Positions 9,329 to 19,015 are shown, counted from the first letter of the stretch. The stretch: 31,808 nt of DNA from an uncultured archaeon (GCA_964347045.1 CAYFXC010000012.1:1-31808), one strand, 5' to 3'. Program-made: numbers and translations. Notes: generated from the letters alone by a model not told the origin.

Positions 9329-9439
9329 CTAAGAGGTTCTGCGACGAATTAGGATGACACCGATCACGATTACAATCATAACAAAAACTCCTCCACCAAT
9401 CGCGGCGATTGCCCAATTATAGGAAATGATGGGCCACAC
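9329..9439 (-). pseudogene. Orphan C-terminal membrane anchor (gene remnant or micro-protein)
   Basis: Translates as VWPIISYNWAIAAIGGGVFVMIVIVIGVILIRRRTS*, a TM helix + RRR typical of surface-protein tails. In-frame stop just upstream. Confidence 0.45.
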
Positions 9440-9569
9440 TACGAATGTAGATAGGGATTGGCATTGACGTAGATGGTATCAAGAATATTTAGGACAAGGT
9501 ACCGAGTTTCTGCGAGTAGAGTTCCTAATGTAAGAAATACTAGTTGAACTCCGGCTTGCGTTCCGAATT

Positions 9570-9598
9570 AAAAGAAAAAAGGAGCCTGTAAGCTCCTT
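9570..9598 (-). terminator. Hairpin + T-tract terminator of the 239-aa membrane protein gene
   Basis: AAGGAGC-CTGTAA-GCTCCTT (9579-9598) followed on the minus strand by TTTTCTTTT. Confidence 0.55.
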
Positions 9599-9639
9599 CA
9601 ATGAAACCTACGGGCATCAAACAAACCTCAATCGGTTCT

Positions 9640-10359
9640 TTAGCGTTCTACCCGTGAATCCATGAAGGAGCCGATGAGAATGATCCACCAAGCCAATGCA
9701 AGGATAGTAAACGCTATCTCAGTTCCTGGCGGTATCAAAATGGTTGGATACATAATCAACAAGACAGACGTCATTGCATACGCTATGAACCAAAGGACCA
9801 CTCCCAGTGTAATGGTAAAGATCCATTTTACTCGTGGTGTTCCACGAACTCGATCGAGCCGGAGATAATTATATGTTGAAATCAATGGAATTATCAGTAA
9901 ATAGATCACATTGTAGATTAGAAATGACCAATAGACAGTGCCTTCGGGGATTCTGAGGATAGTCATTATTTCATATACTATGAGTCCAATGGCTGGGAGA
10001 ATGATTGTCCATTTGCGTTGACTGAAGAAATCAGGGAATGCCAAGATAATGACATAGTATACTAGGAAAAACTGGCCAACCGCCCACAAACCCCAGAAAA
10101 TATAGTAGTAGAGTGATGTCCATAGGGAGAGTGGCTGATACATTGCAAAAGCAAAGATTGTGTATGTTAACATTAGGAAAAGGGCGATGAGAAATCCCAG
10201 AATTGCTAGGGTACGTTTTCTGCCAGTGCTGGTGAACAGGGTAATTAATTGGTATAGCATGGCTAATACGATTGGAATCAAAAATAAGACTAAAAGACTA
10301 AGTTGAAAAATATCTAGTTGCAGAGCAACTTCCCTCCGCTCCCGGATTTTAATAATCAT
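9640..10359 (-). CDS. Hypothetical integral membrane protein (~7 TM)
   Basis: About seven hydrophobic segments separated by short basic loops. Start uncertain. Confidence 0.75.
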   Translation of the reverse strand: MIIKIRERREVALQLDIFQLSLLVLFLIPIVLAMLYQLITLFTSTGRKRTLAILGFLIALFLMLTYTIFAFAMYQPLSLWTSLYYYIFWGLWAVGQFFLVYYVIILAFPDFFSQRKWTIILPAIGLIVYEIMTILRIPEGTVYWSFLIYNVIYLLIIPLISTYNYLRLDRVRGTPRVKWIFTITLGVVLWFIAYAMTSVLLIMYPTILIPPGTEIAFTILALAWWIILIGSFMDSRVER

Positions 10360-10695
10360 TTTTAAGTATTATCTTTTTCAGGAATATCCTTTTAGCGAAT
10401 TTTCGGAGGTTAACAATTCTACAACAATTATTGGGTTCACGCTATTATTTTTGTTTAGAAACTTGTTTACTTAACTGATATTACTATAAGAGAAGTTCTA
10501 TGCACAAGATTAATCGACTATGAAAACCCTGCTTCAGAAATGTATCTGCTGAAGCATAATCTCAGGTTGTTTGAACAACAGGCTAAGAAATTAATTTGGT
10601 ATGTATATTCAGAAAAGTTTCAAAGGTTATATTTTTTAAAGATGAGTATTCCCTAAGAGTTTGTTTATTTTATTCGTTTTCCTATTATGTTAAGT

Positions 10696-10732
10696 TGTGA
10701 GTGTAAAAGATTTAATACTCACATAATGTGAG
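10696..10732 (+). promoter_or_regulatory. Putative BRE/TATA with overlapping palindromic operator upstream of the HtrA-like gene
   Basis: AAAAGA-TTTAATA (10705-10717) about 30 nt before the ATG. Palindrome CTCACAT-A-ATGTGAG at 10718-10732. Extra TGTGAGT half-site at 10696. Confidence 0.5.
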
Positions 10733-10742
10733 CTAATTATCA

Positions 10743-11690
10743 ATGCCAATCCCAACTCACCCTTTTCAAGAAGAGCTTATTCAAGCTGTAAACCGCGTTA
10801 TACCAAGCGTTGTAAGTGTTAGCACAGTCGCATTGATGCGAAACTATTATCGAGTACTTCCGATTGGAGGTATGGGCTCTGGCGTAGTTTTGGATGATCA
10901 AGGGCATATTATTACAAACCGACACGTCATTGACAAGGCTCAACGAATATCGGTTGCTGATATCAATGGGGGTCAACACGAGGCAACCTTACTTGGTGGT
11001 GATCGACTCGTTGATATTGCAATACTTAAAGTCGAAAACGGTGGGCTTGAACCGGCTTCACTTGGAGATTCAGATAAGCTCGAAGTGGGACAACTCGCAA
11101 TAGCCGTGGGCAATCCCTATGGATTCATTCTTGGCGGACCTACAGTGACGACCGGCGTTATTAGTGCAGTTCAGCGACAGATCCAGGCAAGAAATATCAT
11201 AATGGAGAAGCTCATTCAGACTGATGCCGCAATTAACCCAGGAAACAGCGGTGGACCTCTTTGCGACATTAACGGCTGCGTTGTTGGGATAAGCACGGCC
11301 ATGCTGCCATTTGCGCAAGGCATTGGGTTTGCGATTCCAATTAATACTGTGAAAGAAATTGCTGAAGAAATTATTGAATTCGGGCGTGTAAGACGTTCTT
11401 ATATGGGCTTTTTGGGTGTGGGAGTGAATCCGCAGATAGCTAGCGCATATAAACTTGCAGTATCTGAAGGAGTGTTAATCGCTCAAGTGGTTGAATCGAG
11501 CCCCGTATCACGTGCAGGATTCCGTGAAGGTGATATCATCATAGCCTTTGATGGAGAGAAAATCATCTCAATGGGTGAAATCCAAGGACGACTCAGAAAG
11601 CGGGAACCGGGAACCCGTATCGATGTCACGGTGGTCCGAGGGCAAAGCCAAAAGGTGCTTCCTCTTATTCTGGGGGAGGTTCCAGGGTAA
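10743..11690 (+). CDS. htrA: HtrA/DegP-like trypsin serine protease with PDZ domain (no obvious signal peptide)
   Basis: GSGVV, TNRHV (His), DIAILKV (Asp), IQTDAAINPGNSGGPL (Ser), C-terminal PDZ (SPVSRAGFREGDII). Confidence 0.93.
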   Translation: MPIPTHPFQEELIQAVNRVIPSVVSVSTVALMRNYYRVLPIGGMGSGVVLDDQGHIITNRHVIDKAQRISVADINGGQHEATLLGGDRLVDIAILKVENGGLEPASLGDSDKLEVGQLAIAVGNPYGFILGGPTVTTGVISAVQRQIQARNIIMEKLIQTDAAINPGNSGGPLCDINGCVVGISTAMLPFAQGIGFAIPINTVKEIAEEIIEFGRVRRSYMGFLGVGVNPQIASAYKLAVSEGVLIAQVVESSPVSRAGFREGDIIIAFDGEKIISMGEIQGRLRKREPGTRIDVTVVRGQSQKVLPLILGEVPG

Positions 11691-11700
11691 CATCATCAGT

Positions 11701-12843
11701 TTAATCATAGAGTTGTCGTGTTTCCGGTTTCACTTCAATGGGTTGTTCATAACGTGTGATGTATGCAAGGTAGGATAGAATCAAGAAGTAGAGAATATAG
11801 AAGCCGGCAAGACTAACATAGAGAAAGAAGACATTGGGGTAAATAGCAAATGTGAAACCTAATTCGGCAAGAACTTGAATTGAAAAGAGACCAAAGGCGA
11901 TTATTAAATAGCCTGTTAATCCAGGAAATATATTAATTCTTGATTTTAGGCGCAATGTTTCTACCCATTGTGGCGGTGGGTCACGGAAGAACCAAACAAG
12001 GGCAAGAACTCCTACAATGATACCGACAATCAATAGAATCATGAGAATTCCCGCATAGACAAGAAGCAGGTTGAAGTCGTCGATGCTAATTAGGATGAGC
12101 TCAGTGAAAGCAACGGCGTTAATGAAACCGTGGATAATCATTGGATAAATGACATTTCGCGTGAAAACGTACACAAAGCCCAACATCAGGCCAATGGTAA
12201 AGGTGGTAATGAAGTGCGTGATAACATATCCAAGACTCCCATTAATGAGATCATTGGGGACATGGATGAGTGCAAAACCCATACTTGATGCAATGACAGC
12301 TGCAGTAGGGGCCATGCCACGGTATTCGAGAGCAGGAATGAGAATGCGTCGGAAGATGAGTTCTTCAAAAATGGCAGCCCCAATAGTGGCGGTAGCTAAG
12401 AAAAGAACGAGGTTCCAAGGATTCGCCAAGTGCCCAGGTGTAAGGATGATGTCACCGTAGGAATGTTCAATTGGAATACCTAGTATTGAAAAAAAGGTCC
12501 ATAGAACTAATGCTAATCCCATAGAGAGTGTGAGAGTAAAACATGCGATGCCCAAGACTTTGATTGTTCGAAACAGGGTAGGTTTTTTGGTTTTCACTGT
12601 TTTCAAGCCGAAAAAGGGTATAAGGAAAAGAAGTGTGGCGATGATGCCAATTATTTGTCCAACCAAATTCATTTGGATAGATGCCATGATCGGGTCAGGA
12701 ATGAGCAGGGGAATAAAGAAATTAATAAGAATAAGTGAGAGAGCCCCAATAGAGAGGATGAGCAGTCCTACCATGATAAGAACAGCAGGAGTGAGGAAAT
12801 TAAGAAAACTTTCATCACGTTCAACTATTTCCACAATACGCAC
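11701..12843 (-). CDS. CPBP (Abi / type II CAAX protease) family intramembrane glutamic endopeptidase
   Basis: EELIFR, FALIH and HGFIN motifs in a multi-TM protein. Confidence 0.9.
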   Translation of the reverse strand: MRIVEIVERDESFLNFLTPAVLIMVGLLILSIGALSLILINFFIPLLIPDPIMASIQMNLVGQIIGIIATLLFLIPFFGLKTVKTKKPTLFRTIKVLGIACFTLTLSMGLALVLWTFFSILGIPIEHSYGDIILTPGHLANPWNLVLFLATATIGAAIFEELIFRRILIPALEYRGMAPTAAVIASSMGFALIHVPNDLINGSLGYVITHFITTFTIGLMLGFVYVFTRNVIYPMIIHGFINAVAFTELILISIDDFNLLLVYAGILMILLIVGIIVGVLALVWFFRDPPPQWVETLRLKSRINIFPGLTGYLIIAFGLFSIQVLAELGFTFAIYPNVFFLYVSLAGFYILYFLILSYLAYITRYEQPIEVKPETRQLYD

Positions 12844-13030
12844 CTATTTCAAGAATTATCTAATCTCAGCAATAACAGAAGATCTTTCGTTTAACTTGTG
12901 TGGTTAAGGTAGTGTTCTTTCTATTAATTTCAGTTTCGGCTTATTAGATTTTAGAACCAACATTGGAAAATTTTGACAAGAACATAGCTAAACTAAGATA
13001 AAATGAAGTAAAACACACAGGTCTAATTAA

Positions 13031-14605
13031 TTACTTGATTTGAATCCAAAACTGAGATAGATCATGGGCAAGATGTGTTGACAACAAACCCCGAAGAGAG
13101 AGTTCCTGAACCCCATGGAGAAACTGATCAATTCGCTTCTTGTGCTTAAGCTTATTACTTCGATGTGCCATTTTATCTAATGTATCTCGGAATTTGGGTC
13201 TGGTAACCATCTCTGAACGCAACATATCTTGCAATTTGATACAGAATGATTCATCAAAAAGCGTAACATTAAATGCTTTCACTGGTGGAACCTGTTTCGA
13301 ACCCTTCCAATGGATTGGTGAGGTCGGACGCAAAAGTTTCAAAGGTGGAATAATCGCATAACGTGTTGGGTTGGATGTTTTAACCATAAAGATTGGAACT
13401 AAAACTTTGACTATTTGATGTTCACCTTGTAAATCACCCATCTTTGCCGAAATTTCGATAAATCGATTATATTGTTTTTCAAGTTTTGAACTGAGATCAT
13501 GAAGGGTTTGAATTAGAACAGGATAGTTTCCCAAAATTCGTTCTCTTAGACTCACTAAAATGCTAAGTTGAGTATCTTTTTCTAAATTAACTCTCGTTTT
13601 TGATGAAGGAAAAGTTGTATATTCGGAGGCTGATTGCACATTCATATTGTGTTGGATTCCAATATTTTCTTGTTCATAAATCGATGACCACTGCCTTTCA
13701 GCCGCTTCTAGTTGAGAAAAGGCGGCATCTAATTCAATGGATGTTTGTTGGAGTGTTTGACGGAAGTCATGAGCAAGAATCTGTGGCTGAATCAAATCCT
13801 CAGTACTTTCCTTAAAAATGAGATCTGTCTTAGTTGGGCTCGAATCCATTTGCACAATAAATTGCCGGCATTGATTTGTGGCAAACTTCAAGATTCCTTC
13901 CAAGTGATTCAAAAGTTGAGCCATACCTAGTTCTGCCGCTGTATTCTGGTGAATTTTCATGCGTTCTTCATTAATATACTGTAATTGAACCTCAATGTAT
14001 CGATTAATCGCATCCAACATATGCATCAAATGTTCATGGCAATGGTCGAGTCGTGAGATTTCTTCACGAACTGCTGAACCAAGCTCAATTGCCCCTTTTG
14101 TGTCAAGGGTTGATTCGATACACACTTTGTTTGATGGATGAGAAAGTGAGTGGTCAATGAGCCGGCGAATGGGGTCAGCCATTGATGGCTTCATGACATT
14201 GGGTAAAGTTATGCTTGTAGGATGAAGATTTTTCACAAGTTTGTCAAGATTAGTAATTAGGCGGGGAACTTGTTCTATGTCATCCACGTGGCTTAGAAGA
14301 TTTTCAAATGCTTCTGGAGGGAGTATTGTAACGTTTTTCAGCATGATCGAAGAAGTTCCTACCCCACCAATAATTAGACTATTATCCGAGCTTATGCTTA
14401 CAAGATAGATTGGTAAATAGAGTTGTGAAATATACTCTAATCGCAATGGTGCACGAGTTTGCTTGCGTAAATACGCTACTGCTGCGACTAGATCGGCTTC
14501 CGATGTGAAACCAATTCTTTCTTTTCTTTGTTCCCATACCCACCGTTCTTCCGCTCTCTCCTTGCTGACAGCTTGAAAAAATTTAGCAACCTGCGTTGCG
14601 GTCAC
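13031..14605 (-). CDS. Hypothetical protein with long central helical/coiled-coil region
   Basis: 524-aa ORF. GTG start overlaps the TGA of the upstream gene. LYLPIYLV and VLVPIFMV strands flank a helical region. Confidence 0.7.
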   Translation of the reverse strand: MTATQVAKFFQAVSKERAEERWVWEQRKERIGFTSEADLVAAVAYLRKQTRAPLRLEYISQLYLPIYLVSISSDNSLIIGGVGTSSIMLKNVTILPPEAFENLLSHVDDIEQVPRLITNLDKLVKNLHPTSITLPNVMKPSMADPIRRLIDHSLSHPSNKVCIESTLDTKGAIELGSAVREEISRLDHCHEHLMHMLDAINRYIEVQLQYINEERMKIHQNTAAELGMAQLLNHLEGILKFATNQCRQFIVQMDSSPTKTDLIFKESTEDLIQPQILAHDFRQTLQQTSIELDAAFSQLEAAERQWSSIYEQENIGIQHNMNVQSASEYTTFPSSKTRVNLEKDTQLSILVSLRERILGNYPVLIQTLHDLSSKLEKQYNRFIEISAKMGDLQGEHQIVKVLVPIFMVKTSNPTRYAIIPPLKLLRPTSPIHWKGSKQVPPVKAFNVTLFDESFCIKLQDMLRSEMVTRPKFRDTLDKMAHRSNKLKHKKRIDQFLHGVQELSLRGLLSTHLAHDLSQFWIQIK

Positions 14606-15150
14606 TGATGTACATCTCCCAGAAATGTTTGACTGGGAATTATGATATTCTTGGATGGATCAAAAAAAAGAAAGGCCTTGTCTCCACCTTTCGGCGTTAG
14701 ATAGTTCGTATAGACATCTTGGCAACAGTATATAGGTTCTGTATCATACCACTCCATACAGGTCATTTCGCGCGATCCATCGGCTTTGACCCAAGTGAAT
14801 CTGTAACACCCGGGTGGTCCGCAAAGGTCAATGTAGCCTGTACAGTTTGTCGCAAACCAGCCAACGGGGATCCAATGTCCTGTTCCACACGCATAGCTAT
14901 AGAATTCAACGAAGATCCATTCGGCAACAAGTGGTTCATAATAGGTGTCTGGATACGCGTTCCAGCATTCGATTTCCCAGAAGAAGCCTTTCGAGAATTC
15001 TATACCGGGTGGAGACCAGCATTTAGAAGTTGAATTTATTTCATCAATAGGGTCTGTTGGTGTGGTATTGGATGGAGCGAGATGTAGTGCAATGAAGATT
15101 AGTGCAAAAGTAGAGACAAGGATAGCAATGGTGATTTCGTTTCTCTCCAT
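14602..15150 (-). CDS. Membrane-tethered Cys-rich extracellular protein
   Basis: N-terminal TM, 9 Cys. TNCTGYIDLCGPPGCYRF resembles the T...G....L.PG.Y pattern of prealbumin-like/SpaA domains. Confidence 0.65.
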   Translation of the reverse strand: MERNEITIAILVSTFALIFIALHLAPSNTTPTDPIDEINSTSKCWSPPGIEFSKGFFWEIECWNAYPDTYYEPLVAEWIFVEFYSYACGTGHWIPVGWFATNCTGYIDLCGPPGCYRFTWVKADGSREMTCMEWYDTEPIYCCQDVYTNYLTPKGGDKAFLFFDPSKNIIIPSQTFLGDVHQ

Positions 15151-15185
15151 TTATTTTTTCCAATATCATAGGTTTTTTGTTTTAG

Positions 15186-15252
15186 GTGGAGATTATGTCG
15201 GCGGTAAGCCTTCTCCTTACTCCACTGTTAAGGTCTTAGTCCCGCCGCACAT
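15186..15252 (-). other. Bulged stem-loop with potential pseudoknot in the leader of the 182-aa gene
   Basis: ATGT/ACAT, CGGCGG/CCGCCG, TAAG/CTTA and CCTT/AAGG stems. Loop CTCCAC (15220-15225) is complementary to flanking GTGGAG (15186-15191). Confidence 0.4.
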
Positions 15253-15944
15253 CATAGTTTCCCAGAATCTATCCTCGAACCAGTACCTCAGCGCATTTTA
15301 GGATGCATATATAAAAAAAGGATTTTGGTTGCTTGGAAATCTATTATTTAAGAAGATAAAATTAATAATTTATCCTCTTTTTTTGATATTGCTTCGATAT
15401 GGCTTATAATATAACGAACTATTATTTCTATCAAATATATACAGTAATACAATTCAAAAATTTATAATATATGGCTATAATATATTATATGTTTTATATA
15501 AATTAAATACTTTTAAAATATATTATTATATTCTATTTAAGTTTGTGTATATTAATGTATATTCTTATTTACAAAACAATATATTTATTGCATAACATAT
15601 GTTAATATAATCAAATACAACATATAAATTTAGCACCAACACACCATTATAATAATATACTATTACTTAATCATTACATATAAAATATAATATTTTAAGT
15701 TAAAATCTTATTAAATAAAATTTTACCACAATCAGAACATTTTTACTCTCTAAATGAAAGGTCAAAATAGAATATTACTTTAAGGGTCAAAAATTCAGAC
15801 CCCGAGGTAGCGAATGATCTGACACTTCGTATCAGTGAAAACCAGTACCTCTCCCCTAAATGGGGACGTGTTTTCAGAAGAGTCAAATCCGCTAAAACCC
15901 CGTTACTTCTTTTGATACGCTTTTATACGATTTCGATTTGACGT

Positions 15945-16433
15945 CTAGGTTTTGCTTACGTTTACCGGTATTTTTATTCTATACGGGTCGGAACTAAACG
16001 AGATATCTTCATCTATGTTACGGGCATAGATACGATATTGCAGTACAAGAAAAGGCTGTAGGGGATGTGCAAAATGGGGACGAAATATGGTTGAAAATTG
16101 AAAGATTTTATTTTGCTGGCTAGGGATAGTGTGTTCAACTTTTTTCCCAAGAGTATCTGTAATGGTCTTTAACCGGCTGCGACCCATCATTTTAGAGGTT
16201 TTTTTTCTAAATACTAAAACGTTCGAAGGAGAGGAAACATGAACCCTAACGTCTATAGAATGATCATAATGATTGTGGATTAGAAAGCTAAACCGATAGG
16301 GAACTGTTCGGCCACGAGGTAGCTTTGCCAATGATTTTATTGAGGTAATTTCCCAGCTTAGTTTCCCAAGACTAGACTGACCAAGGAGAATGTTTGGCGT
16401 TTTTTTCATCTTCAAATTAGTAGCCTCAATCAT
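15945..16433 (-). CDS. Hypothetical basic protein (beta-rich)
   Basis: 162-aa ORF co-directional with and just downstream of the GTPase. No recognised motif. Confidence 0.6.
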   Translation of the reverse strand: MIEATNLKMKKTPNILLGQSSLGKLSWEITSIKSLAKLPRGRTVPYRFSFLIHNHYDHSIDVRVHVSSPSNVLVFRKKTSKMMGRSRLKTITDTLGKKVEHTIPSQQNKIFQFSTIFRPHFAHPLQPFLVLQYRIYARNIDEDISFSSDPYRIKIPVNVSKT

Positions 16434-16513
16434 TCTAGCTTAGGTTTGACACTTCAATACGATATTACACGTATATATGAGATTATAATAATAGGCTTCA
16501 ACAAACAAAAAAG

Positions 16514-17062
16514 TCATCCTTCAATACTTTCTAGAATTTGAGGTGCAAGAAGAAAGAAGGGTTTGACAGTATTCATACCGGTTTTTGCACTGGTTTCTAC
16601 GTAGGTTAGATTATACCGGGATGCAAACTCATTTGCCTTTTCATTAGATATTGCGGGGCGTAGATCGGCTTTATTTCCAACAAGGACAAGGGGAATTTCT
16701 CCACAGCAACGTTTAACTTCAGCAAGCCAGAAATTTAGTTGTTCAAAGCTTGTAGGATTGGCTAGGTCAAAGACAATTACTCCGCCTCGGGCACCCTTGT
16801 AATATTTTTCGCGAACCGGACCGAATCGTTCTTGTCCTGCAGTGTCCCATATTTGAAAACGCAATGTCTTTTCACCTAGACTGATATCTTGTATAAAAAA
16901 ATTCACGCCTAAGGTGATGATATAGCTTGGATTGAAGACTCCTTTGACGTATCGGACAATTAGACTTGTCTTTCCTACGGCGGCATCCCCAACGACGATA
17001 ACTTTAGCTCTGTGAGTATATGTCGGTTTTTCTGAGGAGTATTCGGCGGGTGGCGGGGTCAT
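16514..17062 (-). CDS. Rab-like small GTPase (Ras superfamily; eukaryotic signature protein)
   Basis: G1 GDAAVGKT, G2 TLGVNF, G3 QIWDTAGQERF, YYKGA, G4 NKAD, G5 ETSAK. No C-terminal Cys prenylation motif. Confidence 0.95.
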   Translation of the reverse strand: MTPPPAEYSSEKPTYTHRAKVIVVGDAAVGKTSLIVRYVKGVFNPSYIITLGVNFFIQDISLGEKTLRFQIWDTAGQERFGPVREKYYKGARGGVIVFDLANPTSFEQLNFWLAEVKRCCGEIPLVLVGNKADLRPAISNEKANEFASRYNLTYVETSAKTGMNTVKPFFLLAPQILESIEG

Positions 17063-17877
17063 AGGAGTTCCATCACCAATTTTTTCTGAAGTTCATATTC
17101 TTCAATTCGTTCTTGTTCGGATTTTATTAGTGGTGCATAATACTCAAAGAAGAGAGATTCATAACTTTGACGGCGACGAGCCCTTCGAGCTATGGCAACT
17201 AATTCTTTCAGAATTATGCTCAAAGTGTCTATCAGGTCCAATATTCTCACACGGTCGGGGTCAACTTTATCAAAGGACACAACACCATGTTTATCGACGG
17301 ATACAGGTCGGAGTGCTGGATCTGCTTTCAAGTGCGTTGAGAAGATGCGTTGGATATCGTTAAAGTGCATTTCCCGTGATCGGCTAGTAATAATTTTTTG
17401 TAATGTGATGTTATAAAATTGGGTGAAAATATCAAAGAGGTCCATGACTTTTGCTGTGCGAAGCGAGGCTTCACCGGTTTCCCAGTGGGAGATAAGACTA
17501 TCTACTAATTCGTCAAAAACACTAGCCCGCCGTGAATCCCTCTGAGAAACTGGAATATGAGAGGTAATATCTGAAAAATTCTCAAGGAACCGATTGTGTA
17601 GCATGTCTAAATAGTCACCAAAACGTGTTGGATCATCGGCTACATCGGTTATAAAGACTAGAAGAAGCCCGTTTTCATCATCAACTTTGAAAAAGAAGCG
17701 AGAATTCTTCATAGTTACCATATCTACATGTTGTGAAGTAATTTTGAGAGCGAGGAGTTCCACGCTAGCGAGGAGTCCAGAAAGTAGCGTAGGATTTTCA
17801 GCGACTTCAACCCAGGTTCGATTGTAGAGTGGTTGCCCTGAATCCCATGCGATGACATAGAAGCTGTGAATAGCCAT
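17059..17877 (-). CDS. Longin-like domain protein with C-terminal helical domain
   Basis: N-terminus IHSFYVI...SGQPLY......NPTLLSGLL.SV......LLLVFITD...LHNRF resembles Asgard longin/roadblock-type domains. ATGA overlap with the GTPase start. Confidence 0.7.
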   Translation of the reverse strand: MAIHSFYVIAWDSGQPLYNRTWVEVAENPTLLSGLLASVELLALKITSQHVDMVTMKNSRFFFKVDDENGLLLVFITDVADDPTRFGDYLDMLHNRFLENFSDITSHIPVSQRDSRRASVFDELVDSLISHWETGEASLRTAKVMDLFDIFTQFYNITLQKIITSRSREMHFNDIQRIFSTHLKADPALRPVSVDKHGVVSFDKVDPDRVRILDLIDTLSIILKELVAIARRARRRQSYESLFFEYYAPLIKSEQERIEEYELQKKLVMELL

Positions 17878-18175
17878 AGCACTCTACCCGAAGCCTTGTA
17901 ATCCGCTATCCAAATCTAGTATTAAGGTAGCGCCTCTTTTCCTAAATAAACTGTATCCCTCTTGTCAATATTAGTTTAAGGTTTCCTGAATTACTCAATA
18001 AAGATTTGGTACACTTTGATTGAAAGAATTCAATGAAATTAATGAATTTAATGGATTTTTTCTTGTTTTCCACCCGACAAAAATCCAAGAATTAAAAGTT
18101 TCCTTTAAAGTCGTGATTTTGTGAATGTTCAAACATGAATAACAAATGTAACCATTAAATGGAAAGAGATTCCAG

Positions 18176-18943
18176 GTGATTGTTGTGTCTTCTCCTCAAG
18201 ATATTGCGCTGATTGAAGAGATTGCTAGTCGTGCATGGCCTGCAAAACATACTGAACAATATGGAGGATGGCTCCTTCGAGCGACAGAGGGAGTGACTCG
18301 TAGGGCGAATAGTGTGTTACCTCTAAAAAAACCCGCTACTAAGCGCCTTGAAGAGGCATTCCAGAAGGTTCAACAATTTTATCAAAACTATAAGTTGCCG
18401 GTACGTTTTCAAATGACGTCAGTAAGTCAACCAGAAGACCTTGATACATTTCTTGCATCTAAGGAATTAGCCATCGATATGTATGTAAAAGTGTTAACTG
18501 CACCCCTAGACAATATATTCCTTGAAGAACCGGAAGTTGGGATCGTTGTGTTTGGATCCCCATGGAAAGACTGGTATGCCACCTACAAGAAAGCGGCTGG
18601 TTTTGATACAAAAAATATGATTGTGCGCCAAGGGATTTTTGAACGAATTAGCACTGAAAAAGCCTGTGCTGCAGCTATCATGGGTGATCAGGTCATTGGC
18701 GTCGGATTGGGCGTCTTAGATGGGGAGTGGTTAGGATTGTTTTCTTTGGTTACAGAAGAAAAATATCGGCGCAGGCGTGTGGCTTCATCCATTACTCAGA
18801 GCTTGGTTAATTGGGGGTTAATACGTGGGGCAACGCATGGCTATTTGCAGGTCGAAGAAAACAACGAACCAGCTCAGAAATTGTACTATGGACTCGGTTT
18901 TAAGGACACGTATTCTTATTGGTACCGGGTGGAACAAAAATAA
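18176..18943 (+). CDS. GNAT family N-acetyltransferase
   Basis: AWPA....GGWLLRATEGVTRRANSV, YRRRRVA, GYLQVEENNEPAQKLYYGLGF. Confidence 0.9.
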   Translation: MIVVSSPQDIALIEEIASRAWPAKHTEQYGGWLLRATEGVTRRANSVLPLKKPATKRLEEAFQKVQQFYQNYKLPVRFQMTSVSQPEDLDTFLASKELAIDMYVKVLTAPLDNIFLEEPEVGIVVFGSPWKDWYATYKKAAGFDTKNMIVRQGIFERISTEKACAAAIMGDQVIGVGLGVLDGEWLGLFSLVTEEKYRRRRVASSITQSLVNWGLIRGATHGYLQVEENNEPAQKLYYGLGFKDTYSYWYRVEQK

Positions 18944-19015
18944 TTATCTTTAGCGATCCATGCTGTTTTTTTCTGTTTTATAAAGCTAAAGCAGGGTGAA
19001 AATCTTAATTATTTA

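Noticed and set aside
10668-10695. dif-like site (TTATGTTAAGT resembles the XerD arm)
   Set aside because: No ATAA-ending left arm 6 bp upstream.
15300-15780. Replication origin
   Set aside because: AT-rich, but no ORB-like repeats or orc1/cdc6 gene in the window.
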